Origin: Candidatus Collierbacteria bacterium GW2011_GWB2_45_17
GTDB taxonomy: Bacteria; Patescibacteriota; Microgenomatia; UBA1400; MFAQ01
NCBI GenBank assembly: GCA_001001485.1
Contig: LCKO01000002.1
Span: 47,567 to 111,566, forward strand
Direction: 5' to 3'
DNA: 64,000 bases
Part shown: positions 45,767-54,614 of the stretch, in pieces
How the letters are laid out: every line of letters begins with the position of its first letter
Position numbering within the stretch: position 1 is the first letter of the stretch
Position numbers and translations under genes: made by a program
The notes under the pieces: generated by a model
What the model saw: only the letters and a program-made list of their open reading frames with translations
What the model was told of the DNA's origin: nothing
Database searches by the model: none

Positions 45767-47740
45767 TCACCAGCTGTCAATATCTTCAAAATCGTCTTTA
45801 ACCGCCTCCTCAATCTCCCAATCCTGCACAATAATCCTCTTTTTTTCCCCAAATTCATCAAAACCGTCATTGCGAGACGTAGGGGTTTGATTTATCAAAC
45901 CCGTTCGGCGTGGCAATCCAGTGTCTTGAGTTCTTGGGTTCTTGATTTCTTGAGTTCTTTGGATGTTCTCATCCGATATCTCGGATAAAAACCTTGACGG
46001 TATCGATTGATGCCTCCCCCCAAAACTAAGTCTTGATCTGGCCCACGAAAGGGTCAGATTCTCTTTTGCCCTGGTCATGGCCACGTACATGAGTCTCCTT
46101 TCTTCCTCGATCTCTTCTTTACCGCCCTCAAACATCGAGCGGGAGTGGGGGAAAAGCCCCTCTTCCAAGCCCACTACAAAAATCTCGGGAAACTCCAGCC
46201 CCTTAGCCGCGTGCACTGTCATCAAAGTCAGCTTTGCGTTTGATCGGTGTTGTTTAATCTCCGACTCCGAAAGAGCCGCGCTTTCCAAAAATAGCGCTAC
46301 ACTTTCGTACTCTCCGGCCACTGCCAACAGCTCGTTTATATTTTCGATTCTTGCCACATCTTCCTCATCCCTCTCATCAAATCTTTCCATGTAATTAATC
46401 AAATTAATTATTTCCTCCAATAGAGGTCCCGGTCGCCCTTCACTCCTTCTCTTATCAGAAAGTCTCCCGAACCATTCATCAAAAATGGCGGCTTTTCTTT
46501 TTCCGATTTTTTCAATTCTCTGCCGGCTGATTTCCTCACCCGGGTTGTGAATTAGTCGTAAATAGGCGATCAAGTCTTTTACCTCCGCTCGATTATAAAA
46601 CCGCAGTCCGCCAATCAACTTGTAGGGAATATCCCGTCTTAACAGTTCATCTTCAAACGCACGGGACTGGGCATTTGTTCGATAAAGAACTGCTACTTCC
46701 TCCCCCCGGTCACCGATTTTTTTAGATTGATCCACCACATATCTTGCTTCGTCTCTTTCATCCAGGGCTTCAAATAAATTAACTTTTTGACCCATCTCTC
46801 TGGTTGCCGAAAGTTTTAAAGTCGGATGATTAGTATTATTGCTCACCACCCCATAAGCCGCGTCCAAGATATACTGGGTGCTCCGATAATTCTTAGGCAG
46901 TCCGACCGTGGTTAGTTCGGGGTAAGTTTCTTCCAGCAGTCTCAAATTTCTATAATCTGCCCCTCTAAAAGAGTAGATGGCTTGGGCGGCGTCTCCCACC
47001 GCCGTAATATTTCGTTTTTCTCCGGCCAGCAACTTTGTCAGTTCAAACTGAGCTTTGTTGGTGTCTTGATACTCATCCACCAGTATCCACTCAAGTCGGT
47101 CGTTTACCTCTTTTCTAATCCTGTCGATTTCTAACACTTTCACCGCCTTAACCAGCAAATCATCAAAGTCCACCGCGTTGTTCCGAACCAGTCTACTCTG
47201 GTACTCACTCCAAACTTTATTAATCTGCCGGTGAAAATAATCTCTCGACACGTTTTCGGCCTCTTTTAAAGTTACCAAATCGTTTTTCATCTTACTGATC
47301 ATGGCCAAAAACATCCCCGGTTTGTTTTGCTTCGGGTCAATAGAGAGATCTTTAAGCACCTTTTTCATCACGGACTCGGAGTCTTGACTATCAAAAATTA
47401 CAAAATGGGGGCTCACTCCGACCTCCACTCCGTAGTTTCTCAGCAGTTTGGCGCAAAAAGTATGAAAAGTACCGGAAAATCCCAGATCAATCTTTTTGCC
47501 CGCCGAATTGGATGGTTTTGTGCCGATCTTTTTGATTCTTTCTTTCATCTCACCGGCCGCTTTATTGGTGAAAGTTAACAAGGCTATTTTCGTTGGGTCG
47601 ACATTTTTTTCTTTGATCAACCATGCCACTCGGTGGATCAGCACTCTTGTTTTTCCCGAACCTGCTCCGGCCAGAACCAAAAGAGGACCTTCTCCATGAG
47701 TTACCGCCACCAGCTGTTCTTTATTGAGAATATCTACCAC
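45767..47740 (-). CDS. ATP-dependent DNA helicase PcrA/UvrD/Rep family (C-terminal tail carries in-frame A+B repeats)
   Basis: AGAGSGKT Walker A, LVDEYQDTN, VGDAAQAIYSFRGA motif III intact, 657 aa. Confidence 0.9.
   Translation of the reverse strand: MVDILNKEQLVAVTHGEGPLLVLAGAGSGKTRVLIHRVAWLIKEKNVDPTKIALLTFTNKAAGEMKERIKKIGTKPSNSAGKKIDLGFSGTFHTFCAKLLRNYGVEVGVSPHFVIFDSQDSESVMKKVLKDLSIDPKQNKPGMFLAMISKMKNDLVTLKEAENVSRDYFHRQINKVWSEYQSRLVRNNAVDFDDLLVKAVKVLEIDRIRKEVNDRLEWILVDEYQDTNKAQFELTKLLAGEKRNITAVGDAAQAIYSFRGADYRNLRLLEETYPELTTVGLPKNYRSTQYILDAAYGVVSNNTNHPTLKLSATREMGQKVNLFEALDERDEARYVVDQSKKIGDRGEEVAVLYRTNAQSRAFEDELLRRDIPYKLIGGLRFYNRAEVKDLIAYLRLIHNPGEEISRQRIEKIGKRKAAIFDEWFGRLSDKRRSEGRPGPLLEEIINLINYMERFDERDEEDVARIENINELLAVAGEYESVALFLESAALSESEIKQHRSNAKLTLMTVHAAKGLEFPEIFVVGLEEGLFPHSRSMFEGGKEEIEEERRLMYVAMTRAKENLTLSWARSRLSFGGRHQSIPSRFLSEISDENIQRTQEIKNPRTQDTGLPRRTGLINQTPTSRNDGFDEFGEKKRIIVQDWEIEEAVKDDFEDIDSW
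45866..45919 (+). repeat. Family A mini-element copy A6 (gtcattgcgagacgtaggggtttgatttatcaaacccgttcggcgtggcaatcc), in-frame in helicase tail
   Basis: GTCATTGCGAG..TGGCAATC termini with internal hairpin gggtttgat-ttatcaaaccc. Confidence 0.75.
45925..45960 (+). repeat. Family B repeat copy B3 (cttgagtt cttgggtt cttgattt cttgagtt cttt), in-frame (RTQEIKNPRTQD), adjacent to A6
   Basis: Read directly; same frame usage as tsaD copy. Confidence 0.85.
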
Positions 47741-47904
47741 TCAAACATTGTAAGTCATTTGCGATGGTCTAAGTGGTGCAGAAGTATAGCCAAACAACCG
47801 CACGGACCATGTACATGCGAGCCGAAGGGTACTGCTGCGAGACAGTAACGCGGGAGTACGGTTTTTGGCGGACTTCGAACCACAGCCGCTGTATAATTAA
47901 AAAA

Positions 47905-48597
47905 GTGAAATACGTTATTGGCAACTGGAAAAGCAATCAAAATATCAGCCAATCTCTTATTTGGCTGGATGGTTTGTCCGCTCTCCACCCCAAGTTCTCT
48001 CCCGAAGTTACCGTTATTCTCTGCCTGCCTTTTACGGACATCGCCTCCTTCAATCACAAAATTTCCGACCTGAACTTACCCATTATCTCCGGCTCTCAGA
48101 ACGTCTCTCATCTGGCCCCCGGTAAACATACCGGCGAAATCACCGCCAACATGCTTTCCGAACTGGTGAACTACTGTATCGTCGGTCACTCAGAACGCCG
48201 TCAGGAATTTTCTGAAACCTCTGAAATAGTCGCCCAAAAAGCCCGCCTCTTACTCGAAAGCTCCATCACCCCCATTATTTGTTTGGACACTCCCTATCTC
48301 GATGAACAGATAAAAGCTCTTTTTACTTGCGATGTGGACGTCTCTCGTTGTTTCTTTGTTTATGAACCTATCTCAGCCATCGGTATCGGGAAACCTATCG
48401 ATTCTGTCTCAGCCAATCACATCGCTAACCAAATCGCCTTTTTAACAGACAACGCCGCCCCGATTCTTTACGGTGGCTCGGTTAGCTCGGACAACGCCGC
48501 CTCTTTCGTTCGGGAAAACTGTATCGATGGCGTCCTGGTGGGTACCGACAGTCTCGAACCCACTTTATTTGCCGGTATTATTACTAGTCTTTCTTGA
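47905..48597 (+). CDS. tpiA: Triosephosphate isomerase (start placed at in-frame GTG; longer ORF from 47773 overlaps divergent helicase start)
   Basis: VIGNWKSNQ, CIVGHSERR, YEPISAIGIGKP; tataat at 47892-47897 just upstream. Confidence 0.8.
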   Translation: MKYVIGNWKSNQNISQSLIWLDGLSALHPKFSPEVTVILCLPFTDIASFNHKISDLNLPIISGSQNVSHLAPGKHTGEITANMLSELVNYCIVGHSERRQEFSETSEIVAQKARLLLESSITPIICLDTPYLDEQIKALFTCDVDVSRCFFVYEPISAIGIGKPIDSVSANHIANQIAFLTDNAAPILYGGSVSSDNAASFVRENCIDGVLVGTDSLEPTLFAGIITSLS

Positions 48598-49667
48598 GTC
48601 TCATGAAACTTAGCCATGTCAGACCCATGCGCCTTCTCGTCAAATTCCTGTCCGGAATTAAAAATCATCTTTGGTTAATATTTATTGTTTTTGCCGCTTC
48701 CATCCTTGTCGCCCTGGGTGTCGTTGGCTATGGTTATTTATTAAAATTAAATGTCCGCCCCCAAAATCTGCTTAATTTTTTTGGCACTCCAAAAGATAAT
48801 CTGGAAAGCACCGGTGGTATCACCAATTTTTTAGTTTTGGGTATTCGTGGTGAGGGGTCGGAGTCTCCCGATCTTTCGGACACCCTCATTCTGGCGTCGT
48901 ATAACCACGAAAACAATACTACTTCTCTGATCAGTATTCCTCGGGATCTCTGGGTTCCTTCTCTAAAAGCCAAAATTAATACCGCTTATTACTACGGTGA
49001 GCAAGCCAGCCCCGGAGCCGGTATCAATTTTGCCCAAGCCTCCGTTCTGGAAGATCTGGGTCAACCCATCCACTATACCGCCATCGTCAACTTTACTCTC
49101 TTTACTCAGGCTATTGATCTGGTTGGTGGTGTCGACATTGAAGTTAATCCCGGTTTTTCGGACACCCAGTTTCCCATCCCGGGTAAAGAAAAGGCCTTGC
49201 CAATTTCTTCCCGTTACGAAAAAATTTCTTTTTCAGGAGGCATAAATCACCTAGACGGCCAAACAGCTCTCAAATTTGTCCGGTCACGTCACTCGGTCGG
49301 TGATGAAGGCACCGACTTTGCTCGAACGAATCGCCAACAACAGGTAATTTATGCCCTTCGTCAAAAAATTATCAACCCAGGTTTCCTCCTCGATCAAAAA
49401 AAGGTGGACGCTCTGCTTAACATTATCGGAAAAAATCTCAAATCAAACATTGATGGGGATCTCTATCCAACACTGGCCAAACTCGCCTTGGATACTAGAG
49501 ATAAACCTATCCGCACCATCTCCCTCACCGACACCCCCGACAAAAATGGCGTCACTATTCTCGAAAATCCTCCTATATCAAAATATAACGGTGAATGGGT
49601 CCTTATTCCCAAAGATAACAACTGGAACGCTCTCAAGCAATATCTCAAAAACGCCCTCTCCCAATAG
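48594..49667 (+). CDS. LytR-CpsA-Psr (LCP) family cell-wall polymer transferase
   Basis: N-terminal TM; LGIRGEG..DTLILASYN..LISIPRDLWV..DLVGGVDIEV. Confidence 0.8.
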   Translation: MSLMKLSHVRPMRLLVKFLSGIKNHLWLIFIVFAASILVALGVVGYGYLLKLNVRPQNLLNFFGTPKDNLESTGGITNFLVLGIRGEGSESPDLSDTLILASYNHENNTTSLISIPRDLWVPSLKAKINTAYYYGEQASPGAGINFAQASVLEDLGQPIHYTAIVNFTLFTQAIDLVGGVDIEVNPGFSDTQFPIPGKEKALPISSRYEKISFSGGINHLDGQTALKFVRSRHSVGDEGTDFARTNRQQQVIYALRQKIINPGFLLDQKKVDALLNIIGKNLKSNIDGDLYPTLAKLALDTRDKPIRTISLTDTPDKNGVTILENPPISKYNGEWVLIPKDNNWNALKQYLKNALSQ

Positions 49668-49713
49668 GGCCAGGCCTTAAAGGGCACCAATCTGCAAGGC
49701 CTGGCCCTGCAGG
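49667..49713 (+). repeat. Family C palindromic repeat copy C3 (same GGGCCAGGCCTT / AAGGCCTGGCCC arms, variant loop), overlapping stop codon of LCP gene
   Basis: Arms identical to 10484/10682 copies; loop aaagggcaccaatctgc. Confidence 0.85.
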
Positions 49714-49727
49714 ATCGCGATGACAAA

Positions 49728-51680
49728 TTACTTTACCTTCACCAAGTAAGTCTCCCCATTTTCATAAACCATCTCACCTAATTCTTTTATCTGTTCCTCA
49801 TTCACCTCATACATTCCTCTTTCATCGGCTCCCACCAATATCCAACCGATATTATATTTTTTTAAGAGCAAGCTTCTTGCACCTTGGTCTTTCGTTTCAT
49901 AAATCGTTCTTACCTCGACCTCTCGTGCGGCCACTACCTCAAAACCACCTCGCCACAGCCACTCATGCACTCTCCAGCCCTCTATCGTCGGCACTCCCGA
50001 AAAAACCGACACCGCATTAAAATCTGTATAACTGTCTCCCACTGCCTCCACCATATTTTTTTCACCCTTATTTTTTTGTAGATACTTAATCGCCTCGTAT
50101 TTTTCCGGCATCTCTGTTTTTATCCAAGTTTCCCCGTTCAGTCCTTGGTAATTTTTAAAATTATTGTAGAAGTTTGGAAAGGACACTGTCGGGAATATCA
50201 TCGTTCCTAAAAAAATCACTCCGGCCACCGATATCCCCAGCCATCTCAATGGCCAAAGAATTTTTCTATCCGAATCAAACAGTTTTCCCCAAAGAGCTCC
50301 GGCCAGTAGCCCAATCATTATCGAAGCCTGATAAGTTAGTTTAAACATGGTATTGGCTCTCGGGTGATCCGGATAAATATCCTTGGCATAAACCAGTTCA
50401 GGAATGATTATCAAAAGAATCAGTGTCAGGGTAAGTGTCCGTATCATCACCTTCTTTTCGCTTCTTCCCTCGATCAAAACCGCCAGAAGTGAAACCGCCG
50501 CCCCTCCCGCCCAAAGGACGGCCAACTGCCACAAGGGTGACCGTTCCGTCACCATTTTGATGCCGTTTGAGATCGGCTCAAAGGTCGCGAGCCACGGCAA
50601 GGCCGCCAGTATCATGAACAGCCCCATCACTCCTGCCGATCTCATCAAACGTAAAAAGCTTTTTGGTTCCCCGATGACTATCTGTAACCCGGCCACCACC
50701 ATTAGTAATCCGTAAACCGCCACATCCCAAGTATTCGTCATCATCATCACCCCAAAGAGAATGCCCATCAAGACTTCAAACATTATTTTTCGATTCTCCA
50801 GCCAAAGTAAAAAAACCAGTATCAAAAGCAACACCGCGGGTAATCCCAAAACATGGCCATGGAGATCGGCCACCACAAAACTGTATCCGGGAAACTCGTG
50901 AATGGTGTTGTGAATAAATCTAGTGGCGTCAGCATACCAGTAATTGGCTAGACCGCGATTGGAAATAAAGTACCAAATAATCTGACTATTACCGGCGATC
51001 ACCGTAGTCATTGCCCCAATGAGTCCGGCTATCATCCCGGCCAATGGTTTCTTCGCTCCGGCCAAAAAATGCGCAATTCCAAAAGCTATTGACATCGACA
51101 GCCCGGCAATAAATCCCAGCACCAAGTTGTATCCCACCGCCGCCTCCACCATAAACAATCTGATTAAGCCACTAGCCCAGAAGTGGCCAAAAGAATAATA
51201 GTTTATCGATTTTCCGGCTTGCCACATGTCCATGGCCGGCAAAGTGGAGGAGACCAGGTATCTATTGATAAAGCCAAAGTCCATAAACTTCTCCAAGCTG
51301 TCGATGTTTGGTAAAAAACCTCTGATTAAAGTAATTCCCAGTAGTCCCACGAAGAACAAGTACTCTTCCATCACCATAATTTTTATACTTTCTTTCGTTA
51401 GTCTGTTTTCCGGTTTTTTTGTCATCCACCACCAAACATTAAACAAGGCCAGTCCGGACAAGACGGCCACCAAGCCAACATTGGTATTGACCGGCAAACC
51501 CAGGTGAGACAGTTCCCAAATAATTAGACTCGCCGCCAGTGTTGTGATCAGTCGCGAAACCGGCCAGCCTTTGTCGGTGAGTTTGCTAAAAAACGATCTG
51601 GTTACCGGCCAGCAGACTAGCTGTAGAACTAAACTTATCAGATAAACTTTCCCGATGGTGATTAAATCTGTGTATATCAT
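49728..51680 (-). CDS. Large polytopic membrane protein, possibly GT-C-type glycosyltransferase (PMT/ArnT/DUF2298-like) with C-terminal soluble domain
   Basis: About 12-14 TM helices over 500 aa then soluble tail; family assignment tentative. Confidence 0.35.
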   Translation of the reverse strand: MIYTDLITIGKVYLISLVLQLVCWPVTRSFFSKLTDKGWPVSRLITTLAASLIIWELSHLGLPVNTNVGLVAVLSGLALFNVWWWMTKKPENRLTKESIKIMVMEEYLFFVGLLGITLIRGFLPNIDSLEKFMDFGFINRYLVSSTLPAMDMWQAGKSINYYSFGHFWASGLIRLFMVEAAVGYNLVLGFIAGLSMSIAFGIAHFLAGAKKPLAGMIAGLIGAMTTVIAGNSQIIWYFISNRGLANYWYADATRFIHNTIHEFPGYSFVVADLHGHVLGLPAVLLLILVFLLWLENRKIMFEVLMGILFGVMMMTNTWDVAVYGLLMVVAGLQIVIGEPKSFLRLMRSAGVMGLFMILAALPWLATFEPISNGIKMVTERSPLWQLAVLWAGGAAVSLLAVLIEGRSEKKVMIRTLTLTLILLIIIPELVYAKDIYPDHPRANTMFKLTYQASIMIGLLAGALWGKLFDSDRKILWPLRWLGISVAGVIFLGTMIFPTVSFPNFYNNFKNYQGLNGETWIKTEMPEKYEAIKYLQKNKGEKNMVEAVGDSYTDFNAVSVFSGVPTIEGWRVHEWLWRGGFEVVAAREVEVRTIYETKDQGARSLLLKKYNIGWILVGADERGMYEVNEEQIKELGEMVYENGETYLVKVK

Positions 51681-51704
51681 AAAGAAGTGTATAATCCCTT
51701 CCTT

Positions 51705-51729
51705 GTCATTCCCGACCTGATCGGGAATC
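51705..51729 (+). repeat. Family A mini-element copy A9a (gtcATTCCCGAcctgaTCGGGAATc), intergenic
   Basis: Perfect 8-bp arms. Confidence 0.8.
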
Positions 51730-51754
51730 TATATAAATAATCCATATTTGGGAT

Positions 51755-51779
51755 GGATCCCCGCATTCGCGAGGATGAC
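51755..51779 (-). repeat. Family A mini-element copy A9b in opposite orientation (rc: gtcatcctcgcgaatgcggggatcc), intergenic
   Basis: Read as reverse complement; forms inverted pair with A9a 25 bp away. Confidence 0.7.
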
Positions 51780-51792
51780 AAATCGTGTATTG

Positions 51793-53052
51793 TCATCTAT
51801 TTTTCATATCTTCTATAACTGCTTTTGCCACCTCATTCCCCATTTTGACCGCGTAGTTGGTTCCCCTGTCAAACGGATAAACCATACTCATATTAGCGAG
51901 GTATACTCCCGCAATCGACGTCCTCATGTCTGGAAGCCTTGAAGAGTAGTTTATCGGAAAGACCGGCTGGGCAAAAGGCTCTCGAAAGAGGTAACTGCCT
52001 TTAACTTGATTTTTCTTGAAACCATGATTTATTTTTTTTAAAAAAGGAGAATAAATTTTTAACAGCTCTTCCTTAGTCATCTCTAGCTGTTCGTCACCTT
52101 CCGGCAGATAGTTCCCGAGATACACCAGGACGTTTCCTCCATAATATTTTTTGTCAATCATGTTGGTATGTTCCACCACCACCAGAAAGGGCCATTTATC
52201 CTCCAGTATGTTTAGCCAATAACCCCGAATAAGTTTTTTAGAAAGTTCCAAAATTAACGTTTGTCCCCACAGATAATCTAATTTCGGAAAATCGATTCTC
52301 GGAACCATCTTCTTAATGATCGGCGCCGGTACAGTCATCACCACCACCTCAAACCTCTCCCCATTCACCAACATGTCATCCTGAGCGAAGTCGAAGGATC
52401 TCACTTCACTATTCACTCTCACCTTTCCCCCTTTCCTTTCTATACTCTCCACCATTTTCTCCACCAAACCACCAAACCCTCCCTCAAAATATCCCAATCT
52501 TTGTGTTCTTTTGGCCACTCGGCTCCAAAACCACGCCATGTTAACCTGCTTTACAAACGGTCCAAACTTAGCGGTTAACAATTTTTTCCAAATCGTTTCG
52601 TAACCGCCTCTGCCCAAAAGTTTCGGAAGAAAATCCACCACTTGATACTTTTCTAGAAATAAGCCATCGGGAATTATTTTTAGCACTGTCAAACCCAAAC
52701 CCATCCGAACTCTCTCCCCCAAACTTATTCCCGAAAATCTCAACAAAGACAGTGGAGAGTCTAGCTGGATTTCTTGGTTGTCAATATAACTACTGGTTAC
52801 CGGACTATTTATCTGCACTGGACAGTTCACCTTCTCGGCTAACTGGATAATCTCCTTATCGTTTGTAAAAACATGATGATAAAAGCTCTCCAAACTCCAC
52901 TTCCATTTAAAGTTTCCCAAAAACCCCGCCGCCAGCCCTCCACACTTATCACTAGCTTCGAAAATCGTCACTTGAAATCCTTGATCCACCAAACTTAGTG
53001 CACAAGCGAGACCGGTAAAACCTCCACCAATAATAGCGATCTTTTTCCTCAC
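51793..53052 (-). CDS. FAD/NAD(P)-binding amine-oxidase-like oxidoreductase (protoporphyrinogen/phytoene-desaturase-like fold)
   Basis: N-terminal Rossmann KIAIIGGGFTGLACAL..EASDKCGG; carries in-frame A8 insert (RSFDFAQDDM). Confidence 0.65.
   Translation of the reverse strand: MRKKIAIIGGGFTGLACALSLVDQGFQVTIFEASDKCGGLAAGFLGNFKWKWSLESFYHHVFTNDKEIIQLAEKVNCPVQINSPVTSSYIDNQEIQLDSPLSLLRFSGISLGERVRMGLGLTVLKIIPDGLFLEKYQVVDFLPKLLGRGGYETIWKKLLTAKFGPFVKQVNMAWFWSRVAKRTQRLGYFEGGFGGLVEKMVESIERKGGKVRVNSEVRSFDFAQDDMLVNGERFEVVVMTVPAPIIKKMVPRIDFPKLDYLWGQTLILELSKKLIRGYWLNILEDKWPFLVVVEHTNMIDKKYYGGNVLVYLGNYLPEGDEQLEMTKEELLKIYSPFLKKINHGFKKNQVKGSYLFREPFAQPVFPINYSSRLPDMRTSIAGVYLANMSMVYPFDRGTNYAVKMGNEVAKAVIEDMKNR
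52375..52404 (+). repeat. Family A mini-element copy A8 (gtcatcctgagcgaagtcgaaggatctcac), in-frame in oxidoreductase
   Basis: Same head as 14407 copy. Confidence 0.8.
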
Positions 53053-53055
53053 CTC

Positions 53056-54609
53056 TTACAAGGCTAACAGTATTCCAATGATAGCGAGCATCAGACCACC
53101 TCCAAAAGCGGCCACTCCCGGGAAGTCCAGAATGCCGGCTTCGGGAAGCGCTGTGGGTTCAACTGCGGCCACCGGTCTCTCGGTGGGTAGAGGAGCTTCG
53201 GTCACCACCACCTCACCGACCACTCTGGTTGGTGCCGGTGTTCTGATCGAAGTCGGTCTTGCTGCCATCGGTGCGGAACAAGTATCAGATCCCAAATTTG
53301 TAGCCAGTCTACACTTACTTGATCCGGTGTCACAAACCAATCCAGTATTGCACTCCGAATCTCCGGTGCAGGTATGGTCGCATCCTACCACCGTACTAAT
53401 AGTTAGTTCGTTTGCGGCATTGATGTCCGTTCCAACCGCATTTACTATCGCCACATTTTTTATAATGTCACCGTTGACCGCGCCACCAGCCACCTTCACC
53501 TTGAAAGCGTATACCCCCTTCTCGCCGGCTTTTACCGTCAGTCCGTCGCACTTCACTCTCCGGTCGGAAGCTGAATAAGTACAGCCACTCTTGGCGTCTA
53601 CAAAGGTTAGTTGGTCTTGCTTTTCCCCGTTAAGAGTATCGGTGATGTTTACATCGGTAACATCGACCTCTCCAAAGTTTTCTATGGTTATAGCGTAGAT
53701 AAAGGTTTGGTTTTTGGCCACAGTGTCAATTTCCGTCGTGTAGGCGTAGGTTCCACCGACATATTTATAAGCCTTTTTAGTCACCTCAAGATCATCGGTA
53801 CAAGCCGTTGTGGCAGCGCAAATGTCAGTCGCCACTCTTCCACACGCATTACTACATAAAACCAAGTCTTTTGTTGCCTCTTTAAACTTGTCTAGGTTGT
53901 ACCAGACTTGCGCCTTGTTTTCTATTTTTTTACCGACTACTGCATCATCACTTGCCTTCACCCTAAAAGCAAAGACTTTCTCTTGTCCCGGGTTCAGCTT
54001 GATATCGTCACAAATTACAGTTCCCATGGTATCGGTATTCTGAACATATCTACAAGCTGAGGTGGTGTCTAAGAATGTCAAGAAATTAACATCCTTCTCG
54101 ACGGAGTCTTTGATATAAACACCTTTGGTAACTGCCACCGAGGTAGTATTCTTCAAATATATGGCGTACACGATTGTTTGCCCCGGAGTTGCGGAGCTAA
54201 TTTCAGTTTTTAGATCATATGATCCTGCTTTGTTTGTGCTCTCATTTTTAAAAGCTTTCTTTACAATGGTGATGTCTGCACAAGCCGAAGTTGCCGGACA
54301 GGCTTTGGTCGTCGCTATTCCGCAGGAGTTTTTACATGTCGAAATCGTCGAAGCCGCAGTTCCGCACGCCGTCGGACAGTCCGGATTGCAAGTAATTACG
54401 TCGGAAGCGACACACAAACTGGTGGCGGTCACAGTACACGCCGCCGACCCAACCCATTTGACCTCAGCCGCCTGCGGCTCGCTTTCCGGTGCTGTAGGGG
54501 CTATCGCCTGTTCTTGACTTACCTTGGATGAGATAAATATCGTCGCCACCCCAATCAGTAATATGACTAGAATTAAGAAAATCGATAGTATGGCTTTGTT
54601 TTTTTTCAT
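53056..54609 (-). CDS. Cell-surface protein with DUF11-type repeat domains, N-terminal anchor + APTAPESEP motif, C-terminal LPEAG + hydrophobic tail (sortase-like signal?)
   Basis: Repeated ..TKKA[FY]K..YAI[YT][IL][KE]N.. DUF11-like units, Cys pairs, C-term ALPEAGILDFPGVAAFGGGLMLAIIGILLAL. Confidence 0.45.
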   Translation of the reverse strand: MKKNKAILSIFLILVILLIGVATIFISSKVSQEQAIAPTAPESEPQAAEVKWVGSAACTVTATSLCVASDVITCNPDCPTACGTAASTISTCKNSCGIATTKACPATSACADITIVKKAFKNESTNKAGSYDLKTEISSATPGQTIVYAIYLKNTTSVAVTKGVYIKDSVEKDVNFLTFLDTTSACRYVQNTDTMGTVICDDIKLNPGQEKVFAFRVKASDDAVVGKKIENKAQVWYNLDKFKEATKDLVLCSNACGRVATDICAATTACTDDLEVTKKAYKYVGGTYAYTTEIDTVAKNQTFIYAITIENFGEVDVTDVNITDTLNGEKQDQLTFVDAKSGCTYSASDRRVKCDGLTVKAGEKGVYAFKVKVAGGAVNGDIIKNVAIVNAVGTDINAANELTISTVVGCDHTCTGDSECNTGLVCDTGSSKCRLATNLGSDTCSAPMAARPTSIRTPAPTRVVGEVVVTEAPLPTERPVAAVEPTALPEAGILDFPGVAAFGGGLMLAIIGILLAL

Positions 54610-54614
54610 TTTGT

